Source: Bacteroidota bacterium
GTDB lineage: Bacteria; Bacteroidota; Bacteroidia; AKYH767-A; 2013-40CM-41-45
DNA: 58,640 nt
Assembly (NCBI GenBank): GCA_031411835.1
Contig: JANOBV010000136.1
Location: forward strand, 1-58,640
Direction: 5' to 3'
The notes beneath the pieces were generated by a model. That model made no database searches, was not told the DNA's origin, and saw only the letters and a program-made list of their open reading frames with translations. Of this stretch, positions 18,232-29,300 are shown one piece after another (positions within the stretch are counted from its first letter, which is position 1; each line of letters opens with the position of its first letter). Position numbers and translations under genes: made by a program.

Positions 18232-21184
18232 TTCCTTCAATAATTTTTATTTCAACATCAGTCAAATTGTAAAGTTTGTAAACTGCATCATCGACTTTTG
18301 AAATGTGATATTCTACTTTCTTTTCAAGTTGTTCTACTTTGGTTTGTAAACGGCTTTCAGAAATTTCAGGATAGAGTTTTAGAATTGCTTCTACATTTCT
18401 TATTACTTCTTCTTGGAGTGATTTATCACTCTTGTTTTTCAGGTCAATAAAACGGATTGGCATTTCAGTTAGAACAGTTGGTTTAACTTGTGCTAAAGCT
18501 CTGCCACTTTCCATTGTTGTCAATCTGTATAGAAAAACAAAAAGTTTTGAGTTTAAAATCCCCATCAAATATTTTGAGTCAATGTTCTTTGTTCCGAAAA
18601 GATAAAGTCCATCAGTCGCAAACGTTTTATTGTTATCAATGGAAACAATAATTTCATCTTCTGTAATTACACCGATTAATTTTTCAGGCTTTGTAAATAT
18701 TTTTTCTTCTCTTGCCCGATGCAATGCGTAAAGAGAATGTTTCCCTTCTTTTACTTCTTTGCAAGTAATTTTTGATTTAAACTGATTGATAAAACCACAA
18801 ATATTTGGAATAGCTTTAAAGTCGGTGTCTCTTTTAGTATAAATAAGTTGTAAGTCGGGATAATTAATATGAAAGCGTTTTACTTGTCTTCCACCAGTCA
18901 AAGCATTTTTTAAATGTGATTTCTCTAACTTGAACTGCTTTACTTGTTCTGCTGTAACTAAAAATGCTTCTTTCAAATCAGGGCTAACGCCTCTTTGAAT
19001 GCCATCTTCATCAACAAACTCGGACAGATTTTTTACATATCCGTCTTTTATTTTTTGGATTATTAAAAAGTGCTTAGCATTTGTTGTAACGAAAAGATAA
19101 TTCGGAATTTCCTTCAACTCTTTCTGTAAAACGAATTCAAAGTTTTTTGTTGCTTGAAGTTCTGTATGTTTATTTTCTTTCTTGATACTTGTTAAATCAA
19201 TTGTTCTAATTTTATTTGACTTGCTTGGCAGTGAGTTTGAAAAAATAATTATACAAGAAGGTCGGGTTACATTTTCAAACACATTCCCTAAATTCAATAA
19301 TTCCTCAATTGAGCTGTGTTTCAAAATATATTCGCGAAGTTTTGAATTGTCGGTTTGATAAAAAAGAACATCAGGTAAAATCATTCCGAAACTTCCATCG
19401 GTTTTTAGCAGTGTGTAGCTTTTGTAAATGAAATACATAAAGCTGTCAATCATTCGGACAATTATTTCTTTATTTCGACTCCTCAAATAGCTCAGGGATT
19501 CTTCATTAAATTCTGCGCCCCAAGGTGGATTTCCAATTACACAATCAAAGCCTCCTTGCTTAAAAACTTCGGGAAAACCTTTCTTCCAACTAAATGGTTT
19601 AATTTTTTTCTCCTCACCAAAATCTAATTGAGTTTCATAAAAATCAGTATCAATCAAACTATTCCCATCCTTTATATTACTATCCAGCGTAGGCAAAACC
19701 CTTTCATTGAACAACTTCATTTGCGAAGCAATACTTGCCTCTGTTTCCCCTTCAAGGCATTTAAGTAGTAGGCTTAGCTTCGTTACTTCAACTGCATTCA
19801 CATCAATGTCTACACCGAAAATATTGTTAAGCAGAATTCTTTTCTTTTCACTTGTTGTAAGATGACCATCAGGAGTTAGTGGATTGCCCTTCGTTCCTTT
19901 TGAAACCTTTCCGTTGTCTGTGTAATAATCTTTGTGCCAATCTAACAAATACTGATAAGCACCAATAAGAAAGCTTCCACTACCGCAAGCAGGGTCAACT
20001 ATTTTTATTTTACTTATCTCTTTTGGGGTTTTGTTTTCAGTGAGTTTGCCGACAGTGTTTTTTACAATGTACTCTACAATGTATTGAGGGGTGTAATAAA
20101 CTCCGCCCGCTTTCCGTACTTCCGGCTTTTCTTCGATATGAGCACGATGAGCTTTGTCGATTTTTATTTGTTTTCCTAAAAATTGCTCATAGGCACTTCC
20201 TAAAATTTCAACCGACAAAACCGAAAACTCATAAGGGCTTTCAGGATAGTACAGTTCGTTGATGATTGTCTTTAAAACCTTGTTGTCAACCGAAAGCGTC
20301 TTACTTATTTTATCTTTTTTAAAATCAAATAACCCCGAATTATACTTATCGTCTGCTTGCTGAAATTGGTGAAACAGATTTTTGTAGAAATCGCCTTGCT
20401 TAATTGTTAGTTGCAAATTCCCGTATGGTTCAATGCTTCTGTCTTCGGCAATTCTGAGAAAAATAATTCTGTCAATGGTTTGTTGAACTACAAAATTGAT
20501 TTCGTCTTCGTTGAGGTCTTTATTGTTCCAACTAATTGAAGTTGCTAAGTAGGTTCTCCAACTATCAAGTGATTGCAGAAATTCTTTGTCAACTGTTGCA
20601 GTTCCTTTTTTATTTAGATTGCCTTGCACAAATTTGTCAAAGCTTCCTTTCAGAACTCGCTCCTTACTGAACGTGTCCCAAATAAAATCAAACTCTTTCA
20701 GGTATTCGCGAAAGGTTAAATACTTTACCCTTGCTACTGATGATTTGTCAGTCGGCAGAGGTTTCTTTGTGCAATCATAAATTGCAAATTCTTCAAAGTC
20801 GGTAATAATGCTGATCGGTAACTTTGCGCTCCAACCATATCTTCGCACTTGGTATGCAGGTTGAATTTCAGTCTTAACATCTACATTCGGTTTCTTAGCT
20901 TCAACAAAGAAAAGTCGTTTGCCACCGACTAAACGAAAAGAATAGTCGGGTGCTTTGGTTGCTTTTCCGACTTTTACTCTGTCTTCGTGAATTACTTCCC
21001 GATAACTTTCAGCATAACCATTTTCGTTGTCTATATCCCAACCAAGCGCTTTGAAAAAGGGGTCAATAAAGTCTCGTCGTGTGAGTGTCTCATTATAGTC
21101 AGCCTTCTTGTATGATGCGTATTGCTCTTCAAAGCGTTCAACTAGTACAGCAATTTTTTTATGAGCGATTTCTTTTGTTACCAT
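18224..21184 (-). CDS. Type IIG restriction-modification fusion (endonuclease + N6-adenine MTase + TaqI-like TRD)
   Basis: N-terminal PDY..VEAKK nuclease, YYTP, DPACGSGSFL, GNPPW, YLMGILNS. Confidence 0.92.
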   Translation of the reverse strand: MVTKEIAHKKIAVLVERFEEQYASYKKADYNETLTRRDFIDPFFKALGWDIDNENGYAESYREVIHEDRVKVGKATKAPDYSFRLVGGKRLFFVEAKKPNVDVKTEIQPAYQVRRYGWSAKLPISIITDFEEFAIYDCTKKPLPTDKSSVARVKYLTFREYLKEFDFIWDTFSKERVLKGSFDKFVQGNLNKKGTATVDKEFLQSLDSWRTYLATSISWNNKDLNEDEINFVVQQTIDRIIFLRIAEDRSIEPYGNLQLTIKQGDFYKNLFHQFQQADDKYNSGLFDFKKDKISKTLSVDNKVLKTIINELYYPESPYEFSVLSVEILGSAYEQFLGKQIKIDKAHRAHIEEKPEVRKAGGVYYTPQYIVEYIVKNTVGKLTENKTPKEISKIKIVDPACGSGSFLIGAYQYLLDWHKDYYTDNGKVSKGTKGNPLTPDGHLTTSEKKRILLNNIFGVDIDVNAVEVTKLSLLLKCLEGETEASIASQMKLFNERVLPTLDSNIKDGNSLIDTDFYETQLDFGEEKKIKPFSWKKGFPEVFKQGGFDCVIGNPPWGAEFNEESLSYLRSRNKEIIVRMIDSFMYFIYKSYTLLKTDGSFGMILPDVLFYQTDNSKLREYILKHSSIEELLNLGNVFENVTRPSCIIIFSNSLPSKSNKIRTIDLTSIKKENKHTELQATKNFEFVLQKELKEIPNYLFVTTNAKHFLIIQKIKDGYVKNLSEFVDEDGIQRGVSPDLKEAFLVTAEQVKQFKLEKSHLKNALTGGRQVKRFHINYPDLQLIYTKRDTDFKAIPNICGFINQFKSKITCKEVKEGKHSLYALHRAREEKIFTKPEKLIGVITEDEIIVSIDNNKTFATDGLYLFGTKNIDSKYLMGILNSKLFVFLYRLTTMESGRALAQVKPTVLTEMPIRFIDLKNKSDKSLQEEVIRNVEAILKLYPEISESRLQTKVEQLEKKVEYHISKVDDAVYKLYNLTDVEIKIIEGNG

Positions 21185-21907
21185 TTTATAAATAGAAGTT
21201 TCAAATATATGGATTCACCTTTTTATCTGACATAAAAACATTAATGGCGATTATTGAATAAAAAATAGTGTTTTACAAGGAATGACTTTCATTTTCATTA
21301 ATATTCCGGCAAGCTGCATTGTAAAGTTAAGTTCAATTGAGTTAAAAGTGTCATTTTTTGCCTGAATTTGTCTATTCGCCTTTGAAATTTGTCTGTAAAT
21401 GTCATTTACATATCTGTAAAGAGTCTTAAGAAACAATTTTTTGCTAATTATTGGTCGAACTTAGCTTAATTTTCACTTTTTCGAGTGAAGTACTTCGGAA
21501 TTTTAAATAATATGTTGGTTTAATTTCTAGTTTTTGAAAAAATTGGTGGTTTAGGTCAATTTTCAAATTGATTTCAGAAGGGTTGCCAGGATTTTTGTAA
21601 TATAATCATGTTCTCACTTGCAAAAGCAGAATCAAAAGCGATTTAAATATTCAACCTGGAACTTTTAAAGTCCATCTTAAAAGTGTTTATAAAAAAATCG
21701 ACTTGCATAGTCCACAGTAGTTTACAAATGGTGTGAACATTTTTGTTGTCGATGAAAAAATAATTGTTGATAACTAATTCGTCGTATACCCCACTAAGGG
21801 TATTGACTTGAGTGGTTTTGTTTTACTTCTTTGTAGAAGTTATTAGAAACCTAACCCGTTTCTCAAAAGCGAAATTTTACATATTGCGTTTATTAGTTTG
21901 TGATTCC

Positions 21908-23314
21908 ATGAAAATCATTTACACCTTCTTTATTTCAGTTTTAATTCTAAGTCATTCTATTAGCGTAGGTCAAAATGCAACCTATGATTCAAAGAAATTT
22001 AATATATTCCTTTCGAGTGTAGAAAAAAGCGCGATTAAATACAGGAAAAAGGAAGAAAAACTTTCTAAAAAGTATCTCAAGAGCTATCAAAAAACGGAGA
22101 AGAAAATTAATCGAAAACTGTGCAAGATTGATCCTGCATTAGCCGATTATCTTTTCTCATATTCAAAAGACCCACTTTACTATCATTCAAATTTCGAAGA
22201 TGCAAAAACGAGTCAATTTATTGAAAAAAGCCCTAATATTTACACTCCAACAATTGACACATTAAATAATGCATTTGAGTATTTTAATTTGAATAAAGAC
22301 TCATTTGGAATATGCAATGATACATTGTTAAGATCGAGTAAATTGAGCCTTAAATTATTGAATGAAGATATTTCAAAAACAAATGATTTTCAGAAATATT
22401 TGAGAGATCGAAAAATAAATTTGAAAGAAACACTTGCAAAATATCCGCAACTTAATGGAGAGGTATTAGCGTTGGATAAGTTGAATTTTTATTTCATAGA
22501 ATTTACTTCCGAATTAAAGAAAGAACTAATAGACAATATTAAATTAAATGAATTCTATAGCAGTTTCGTTTCACATAATTTGGATTTGAAAAAATTTATG
22601 GATTTGAATAGTTCCCTTACCTCATTATTCAAAATCCCCTCTGATTGGGGCAATACAACAAATGGGTTGCAAAAGAATAATACTGTGAGAGCAGATGTTG
22701 AAAAAACGATTGCTTCACAAGGCGGAATGTTAGATGTTGTAAAAAAGGAACTTGCTCCGATGCATGAATCTGTAGACAAAATAAAATCTTCCGCTAATTT
22801 GACAAATATTGGAGATGCACCGTCATTTAAGCCGAATGAATTAAAATCGGAATCTATTTTGAAAAGATTTCATTTCGGGTTAGATTATCAAATAGATAAA
22901 ACAATTTCATTTTATCCCAGCCAAATTAGTGTAAACGGGAAAGTTGGCTTTCAAGTAACAAGTAGAGTTATTAGCGGAATAGGTCTTGCGTATTCATTTA
23001 ATTTAGGCGAAAGTTGGAATAATAGATTTTTTAGTGAATTGAACAAACGATCATTTGCATACTTTGATTATAGAGTATTAAAAAGTATTTATTTTGAATC
23101 ATCATTTGAGAAAAATCTTGTTAAAGAACCTGTTTCAAAAGAAATAATAGGAGTGAAAGATGAATTTTTTGATTCCATTTTGGCAGGAATAAAATACAAG
23201 AAAAAATTATCTAAAAAACTGTCAATGACATTTTCATTGCTCTACGATTTTAAAAATTCAAATCAAGGAAATATAAATTCACCAATTGTTTACAGATTTG
23301 GGTGGGAGTATTAA
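21908..23314 (+). CDS. Exported protein: helical N-terminal half plus beta-barrel-like C-terminus; Rhs-associated
   Basis: Signal peptide from ATG 21908; amphipathic strands after FKPNE; ends YRFGWEY. Confidence 0.6.
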   Translation: MKIIYTFFISVLILSHSISVGQNATYDSKKFNIFLSSVEKSAIKYRKKEEKLSKKYLKSYQKTEKKINRKLCKIDPALADYLFSYSKDPLYYHSNFEDAKTSQFIEKSPNIYTPTIDTLNNAFEYFNLNKDSFGICNDTLLRSSKLSLKLLNEDISKTNDFQKYLRDRKINLKETLAKYPQLNGEVLALDKLNFYFIEFTSELKKELIDNIKLNEFYSSFVSHNLDLKKFMDLNSSLTSLFKIPSDWGNTTNGLQKNNTVRADVEKTIASQGGMLDVVKKELAPMHESVDKIKSSANLTNIGDAPSFKPNELKSESILKRFHFGLDYQIDKTISFYPSQISVNGKVGFQVTSRVISGIGLAYSFNLGESWNNRFFSELNKRSFAYFDYRVLKSIYFESSFEKNLVKEPVSKEIIGVKDEFFDSILAGIKYKKKLSKKLSMTFSLLYDFKNSNQGNINSPIVYRFGWEY

Positions 23315-23357
23315 AATTCAATAATTAACATAAATTTATTTTAAATACAATTTTAAC

Positions 23358-26300
23358 ATGAAACCAAACAAACAAATTTGTCTTTTTGCCTTATTGGGAT
23401 CAATCTCTTTTTCAGCTTTCTCTCAGCAATTTCAAGATGCAGTTCAGCCAAAGCAAAATATTTCAAAGTCAAGCGGAGTTTCGTCAGGAATGGATTTGAG
23501 TACTGGAACGGCGAATCCTTCTATTCCTGTTATGAGTTTGCCAACTCGAAGTGGTTTAAATGTGGATGTTACTTTGGTATATACAGGGGGACAAGGCTTA
23601 AGAGCAACAGAATTAGCAAGTCGCGTTGGATGGGGATGGGCAATCAATACAGGCGGAAGAATTGATCGAGAGGTTAAAGGAATTCGCGATGAAAAGAAAC
23701 ATGGGGAAGCATTAAATGGCACCGATGATATAAAGCAATCTGGATGGTGTGACCCCTATGGCTATTTTAATACTTCTCTTTTAATTCATCGTGAAATATA
23801 TACTGAAGCGTCATCAAATCCTACGGACGAGTATACGTATGATGGTATTCCATGTAATGCACCCATAAGCTTGGCCGAATTTGACCAAATCAGCTTCGTA
23901 GATAATACACATATTTGTGATCCGGGGACAAATTTATTTTGTGGCGAAAGAGTTTGGACATATCAAGCTAATTTTCCTGTAGATGGGATTCGGACAGCTG
24001 AATTAGTGGATTATTTTCGTAGTCAAACGCCATCGGGAAGTATTCCGGCAGATATATGGAAATTAGAACAGAAGAAATTCTTTTTTGATGCTCAACAAAA
24101 TAATCAATACGCAGAGATTAATTATGACACAGAGCCGGATGTTTTTACTTTTTCATTTGGAAATTATAACGGTAATTTTGTTTTTGATAAAAATGGCGTT
24201 CCTGTCATTTATCCTTATCAAGATATTAAAATAGAGCCTGCATTTGGAGCAAACCCAAGTACAATTGGCTGGATATTCACAACTCCTGATGGCTTCAAAT
24301 ATATATTTAAAAACACCGACACAGAATCAACCTTAGTTTCTCATGACTATGTTTGGAATGGTTCTACAGATTCTCATGCAGAAGTTTCTACTTGGTTTCT
24401 TTCAACTATTGTAGAACCGCTAGGCTCTCAAATCTCTTTTACGTATAGAAATACAGGGGCAGTAGATCAAACGATTCAAGGGCAAATCGAACCGGATTTT
24501 ATTTTAGGAACACATATTGACTTATTCAAAGATTGCATTAATAATAATTGCGCAATACCAACTAATGCTTCAAAGATAAATTTGAGAATTCTTAATAAAG
24601 TGGAATTAGATCGGATCTCTTCGGATTTGGGAACAATTGAATTTTTGGAAGGATACGCAAAAAGATATGATATGCCCAGTACTGGAAGTGTAGCATTTTA
24701 TCCGTTAAAAAATATTCAATTAAAAGATATCGAAGGGAGAATTTCCAAAAAATTTGAATTTGATTATGATTACTTTGGCGCTGCAACATGTACAACCTAT
24801 TATGGTGCTGCAATTCCTTCAATACATTTAAAACTTGCTCACTTTAAGGAAATGCCATTAACAGGAACTTCTGATCCATTGTTGTATACTTTCTCTTATG
24901 AAAATTTTACAGATGTAATTACTTCAAATCGGTATAATTTTTTAGATAAATGGGGTTATTATAACAATGATCCTTCATATACCATGCCATCAACATCGTG
25001 CTCTACTTTTAACGCACCTTGTTATGCAATAAATTCATTAATATTAAAAAATGAACCGCAAGGCAGGACTGAAGGAGCTACTCGGCTGCCATCTTATGCA
25101 TTTACCAAAGAAGGTGTTCTTAATCAAATCACAAATCCACTAGGTGGAGTAACGAATTATGAATATGAGTTAAATAATTATTTTAATACTACAACAAATC
25201 AAAATGAAAATTGGGGCGGACTCAGGATTAAAAAAATAATTGATAAACCGAATGGTAATTCGAGTTCACTGCAATCTGTGAAAGAATTTAAATACTACAC
25301 TCAAGCAGATCATTCTAGATCGAGTGGTGAAGTTCAACCTTTACGCAGGCAATTTGATTTTACTGATTATTATAATTCAAGTGGAGTTTGGCAAGCACAG
25401 TATTTATTGAGATACTCAAATGCAAATCGCGATAATGCTAGAGATTTTATTAGATATACTCATGTGGAAGTTGTTGAATCCGGAAATGGAAAAAGGACAT
25501 ACGATTATTCAGGATTTACATCGAATCCTGATGTCTCAGCAGAAAGGTGGAAGTTTGATTACTCCAACGCAACCCCTTGGACACAATATTTTACAGACAG
25601 AGACAATGACGCAGGAGCACCGCAATCTGATTATTCAATGTATCGAGGATTACTGTTACATGAAGCAAATTACATGGAACTACCTTCCGGATCAAGTGCA
25701 ACAGAAAATGATTTAAAAATCGAAGAAACAAATTATGAATACGAATTTGAGCCAACTGATTTTGTAAATAATGTAGTAATTCCTTGTCGTGTGAATTGTA
25801 ATGAAAAGCTGTATCAAGCTTCTAGTAATGCAAGTTGTGCTAAAACATTTAATGTTGAATATTATACAATTAAAAACGATTGGTTGTTTTTGAAAAGAGT
25901 AAGTAAAAAATCTTTTGCTCCAATTAATAGCATTTACGATCCAAGTAGGTTTAGTTCGAATGAAATCGAATATGAATATAATTCATATCATCCAAGTCAA
26001 TTGAAAATGGAAAGGTCTCAGAATTCGGATGAAAAAATTACTGTTAAGAGGTTTGTATATCCAAGTGATTTTATTGATAATCCGAGTTTGCCAATTAATT
26101 CTGACGAATCATGGGCTATTCGGAAAATGATAGAAGCTTATCAAATTAATAGTCCACTCGAAATATATGTGAATGACGAAACTGATCCCTCAGTTCCTAA
26201 AACTATAAATAGCTTATTGGTGCTGTACAAGGATTACGGTTTGTCTGCATGGAATAAGAATATGTTTATGCCAAGTCAAATTTTGAATGAAAGATTTCCA

Positions 26301-29300
26301 GTACCAATTGAAAACTTTGTGCCGATTCATTTCAGTGATGACGGTTCAACTATTTCTCTCTCTTATGATGCAAATTATCAAATTGATTATTATTACGATC
26401 AATACGATAATTTCGGTCATTGTTTAAATGAGCATAGAGATAAAGGGAGTTTTACTTCTCATCTCTGGGGCTATTCTGGTTCTATTTTACCGATTGCGGA
26501 ATTCAAAAACGCTAAAAACGAAAATCGAGTTATATCCGGCAGTCCATATTCAATAAGTGGAAATGAATGTAGTTACTTGGGTTTTGAAAGTTATGATCAA
26601 CCTCAGGAGGGTGATTATTGGTACTACATTCCTGTTGCAAGCAGATCCCCAATTATTAGTACAGATGCACACACCGGAAAAAGATGTCAAAAAATTCTTG
26701 AAGCCGGGAATGCAGTTACTTATTCAGGCCCTATCCCGTCAACCACTATACCTATTAATGCTCGCGGATCTGGACCTTTTAGTTATAGTGCATCGCATGT
26801 GTTTACTCCTGACAATCAAAATCGAATTTATAAATTATCCGCTTGGGTCAAAACCTCTTCCAATTTTCAAACAGGTGATGCATGGTTAGTAATGGATGTC
26901 CAACATAAAAGCGGCACTGAAATACTTGACCAAACTTCGCAGCAAAATAATTTGGGCTATCATTATTGTCCTATTCCAAACTCTCCATCTGATTGGAAGT
27001 TTATTGAAATAACAATAGATCTTGAAGAATTTAGAACTCAGAACGCTGCACTATTAAATTCTTCAGATAATCAATTAAATATATTATGCTACGTTGTAAA
27101 TTATGACAACACTGCAAATAATTATATTTTGTTAGACGATATTCGATTTAGCCCAATAGACGCTATTGGGTCGACATTGACATATAACTTTTCCCGTTTA
27201 ATTTCTTCTGTTTCTAACGAGAATAATATTCCAACTTATGTTGACAGAGATGAGTTCAATAGAGATTTAGCAGTTGAAAATTATAAACACGAGGTTTTAT
27301 CCTATTCTCAGTACTTCTCTAGTAGTAGTTATAATGGTAACAATCCGAATTTTATTAAATCGCTTTCTACTAATGTTCCATATACTTTAAGTGAAATTCA
27401 AAACAATAATTTCAATGTTGATAATGTAATTTCAACGAAAACATGTTTAGATGGAAACGGGCGGACGATTCAGAAAATTGTTCAGAATTTCTTTACAGAT
27501 TTAAGCAGCAATAAGTTTGATTTGATACAGACTTATTCTTACGATCAATATGGCAGGCAAATAAATAATTATCTTCCTTATTCGTATGCCGCAAACGGAA
27601 ATTTTGATTCCAATTTCATAACTCATTTGACAGGATTTTATTCAAATGCAGATAAAGTTGCACATGATACAAAGCCGTATTCGACAAATGTTTTTGAGTC
27701 GTCTTCCACCTCGCGAGTGTTAGAATCAAAAATGCCGGGTAATGCTTGGTTTTCAAGTAGCCATTCTATTAAACACAATTTCGACTTTAATTCAGCAAAT
27801 GAAGTTAAGAAGTGGGAGGTTTTACGAAATGGAAGTAACGAATTAATCGGTGCTAAGACTATGGGATACTTTCAGGAATCAACAATTTTGAAAACGAAAT
27901 TAATTTCCGAGGAGAATAAAGTCAGTTTTGAATTTTATGATAAGTCCGGAAAAATAATTTGCAAAAAAGTAGAAGCCTATACAGATGCAAACAATAAAAC
28001 ACACGATTTTACAGTAGGCTCAACTTCTCTAAGCGGTGGCTCGGCAAAACTGTATTCGACTTACTATGTATACGATGAATTTAATCAATTAGTATACAAT
28101 GTTACAATTCAAAATGATGCTTCCGGTAGTTTTAGTGATTTTACCGACGACGAAAATTTAACCGATCCCATTTTCAAAGGATTCGTTGAAGCGATTCACT
28201 ACGACTCTCATGGACGTGTAATTGCGAAGCATGCATGCGATAAAGATTGGGAATACTTTGCTTATAATGCACTTGATAAGGTAGTCTTGTCTCAAAATTC
28301 TAAGTTAAGAGCAGATAATGAATGGTTGGTTTCAAAATACGATGGACTTGGAAGAGTCGTGGCAACTGGAACGAGTGATTTGGGTGGTCAAACACAAAGC
28401 CAAGTTCAGGAAAGCCTCAATCAAGATGTTGTCAGTTATGTTAAAAGAACAAGTGCAGGAACGAATGGCTATACTTTCTCTGATACTTATCCATTTGTGA
28501 TCGACAATATGCTTACTATTAATTACTATGATAAATACAACCTGCAAAATTCTACTCTTGCTGGCAGAGACTATATTCAGGTAAATAGCGATGACCCTCA
28601 AACATATTCCAAATTTACAATTGGTAAACCAACTGCTTCATTAGTGAAAGTTTTAGGTTCAGGAGATATGTTAGCCACATTAAATTACTATGATGACTTG
28701 GGTAGACAATTGGAGCAGCAAAAACAAAATTATATTGACTATCCGAATAGTTGGGATATTTCAATAAACAAAACTGCTTTTAACGGACAAGTCTTAAAAA
28801 ACACAAGAGTTCATAATGCATTTGGCAACACCCTTCATGTTGTCACTAGATATACATACGATAGATTAAATAGACGAACTGATATTTATAAAAAGATTCA
28901 TGATGAAGCTGAAGTACACATGGTAAATTATACTTATAATAGTCTTGGTCAAACAGTTCGAAAAATTATTCACGACCAACCTGTTTGGGATGATTCGTTT
29001 TTACAGGGAATTGATTACAGATATAATATCAGAGGTTGGTTGACAAGTATAAATAATGCGGAGCTCTCTAATGACGGAGTATTGAATCTTGATGCCAATG
29101 ATGTATTTGGCGAGCAATTGTTCTATGAGCAACCTACTATATCAACTACGACTTGTGTTCCCATTCCTTTATTCGATGGAAAAATATCTCAAATGCTTTG
29201 GAGAACGAAACCTGCCTCAGGTGCAGTTAGTTTTGACTTGAAGCCTATTCATCTTTACACCTACCGCTATGATGATTTTGGAAGGCTTACCGCAGGATAT

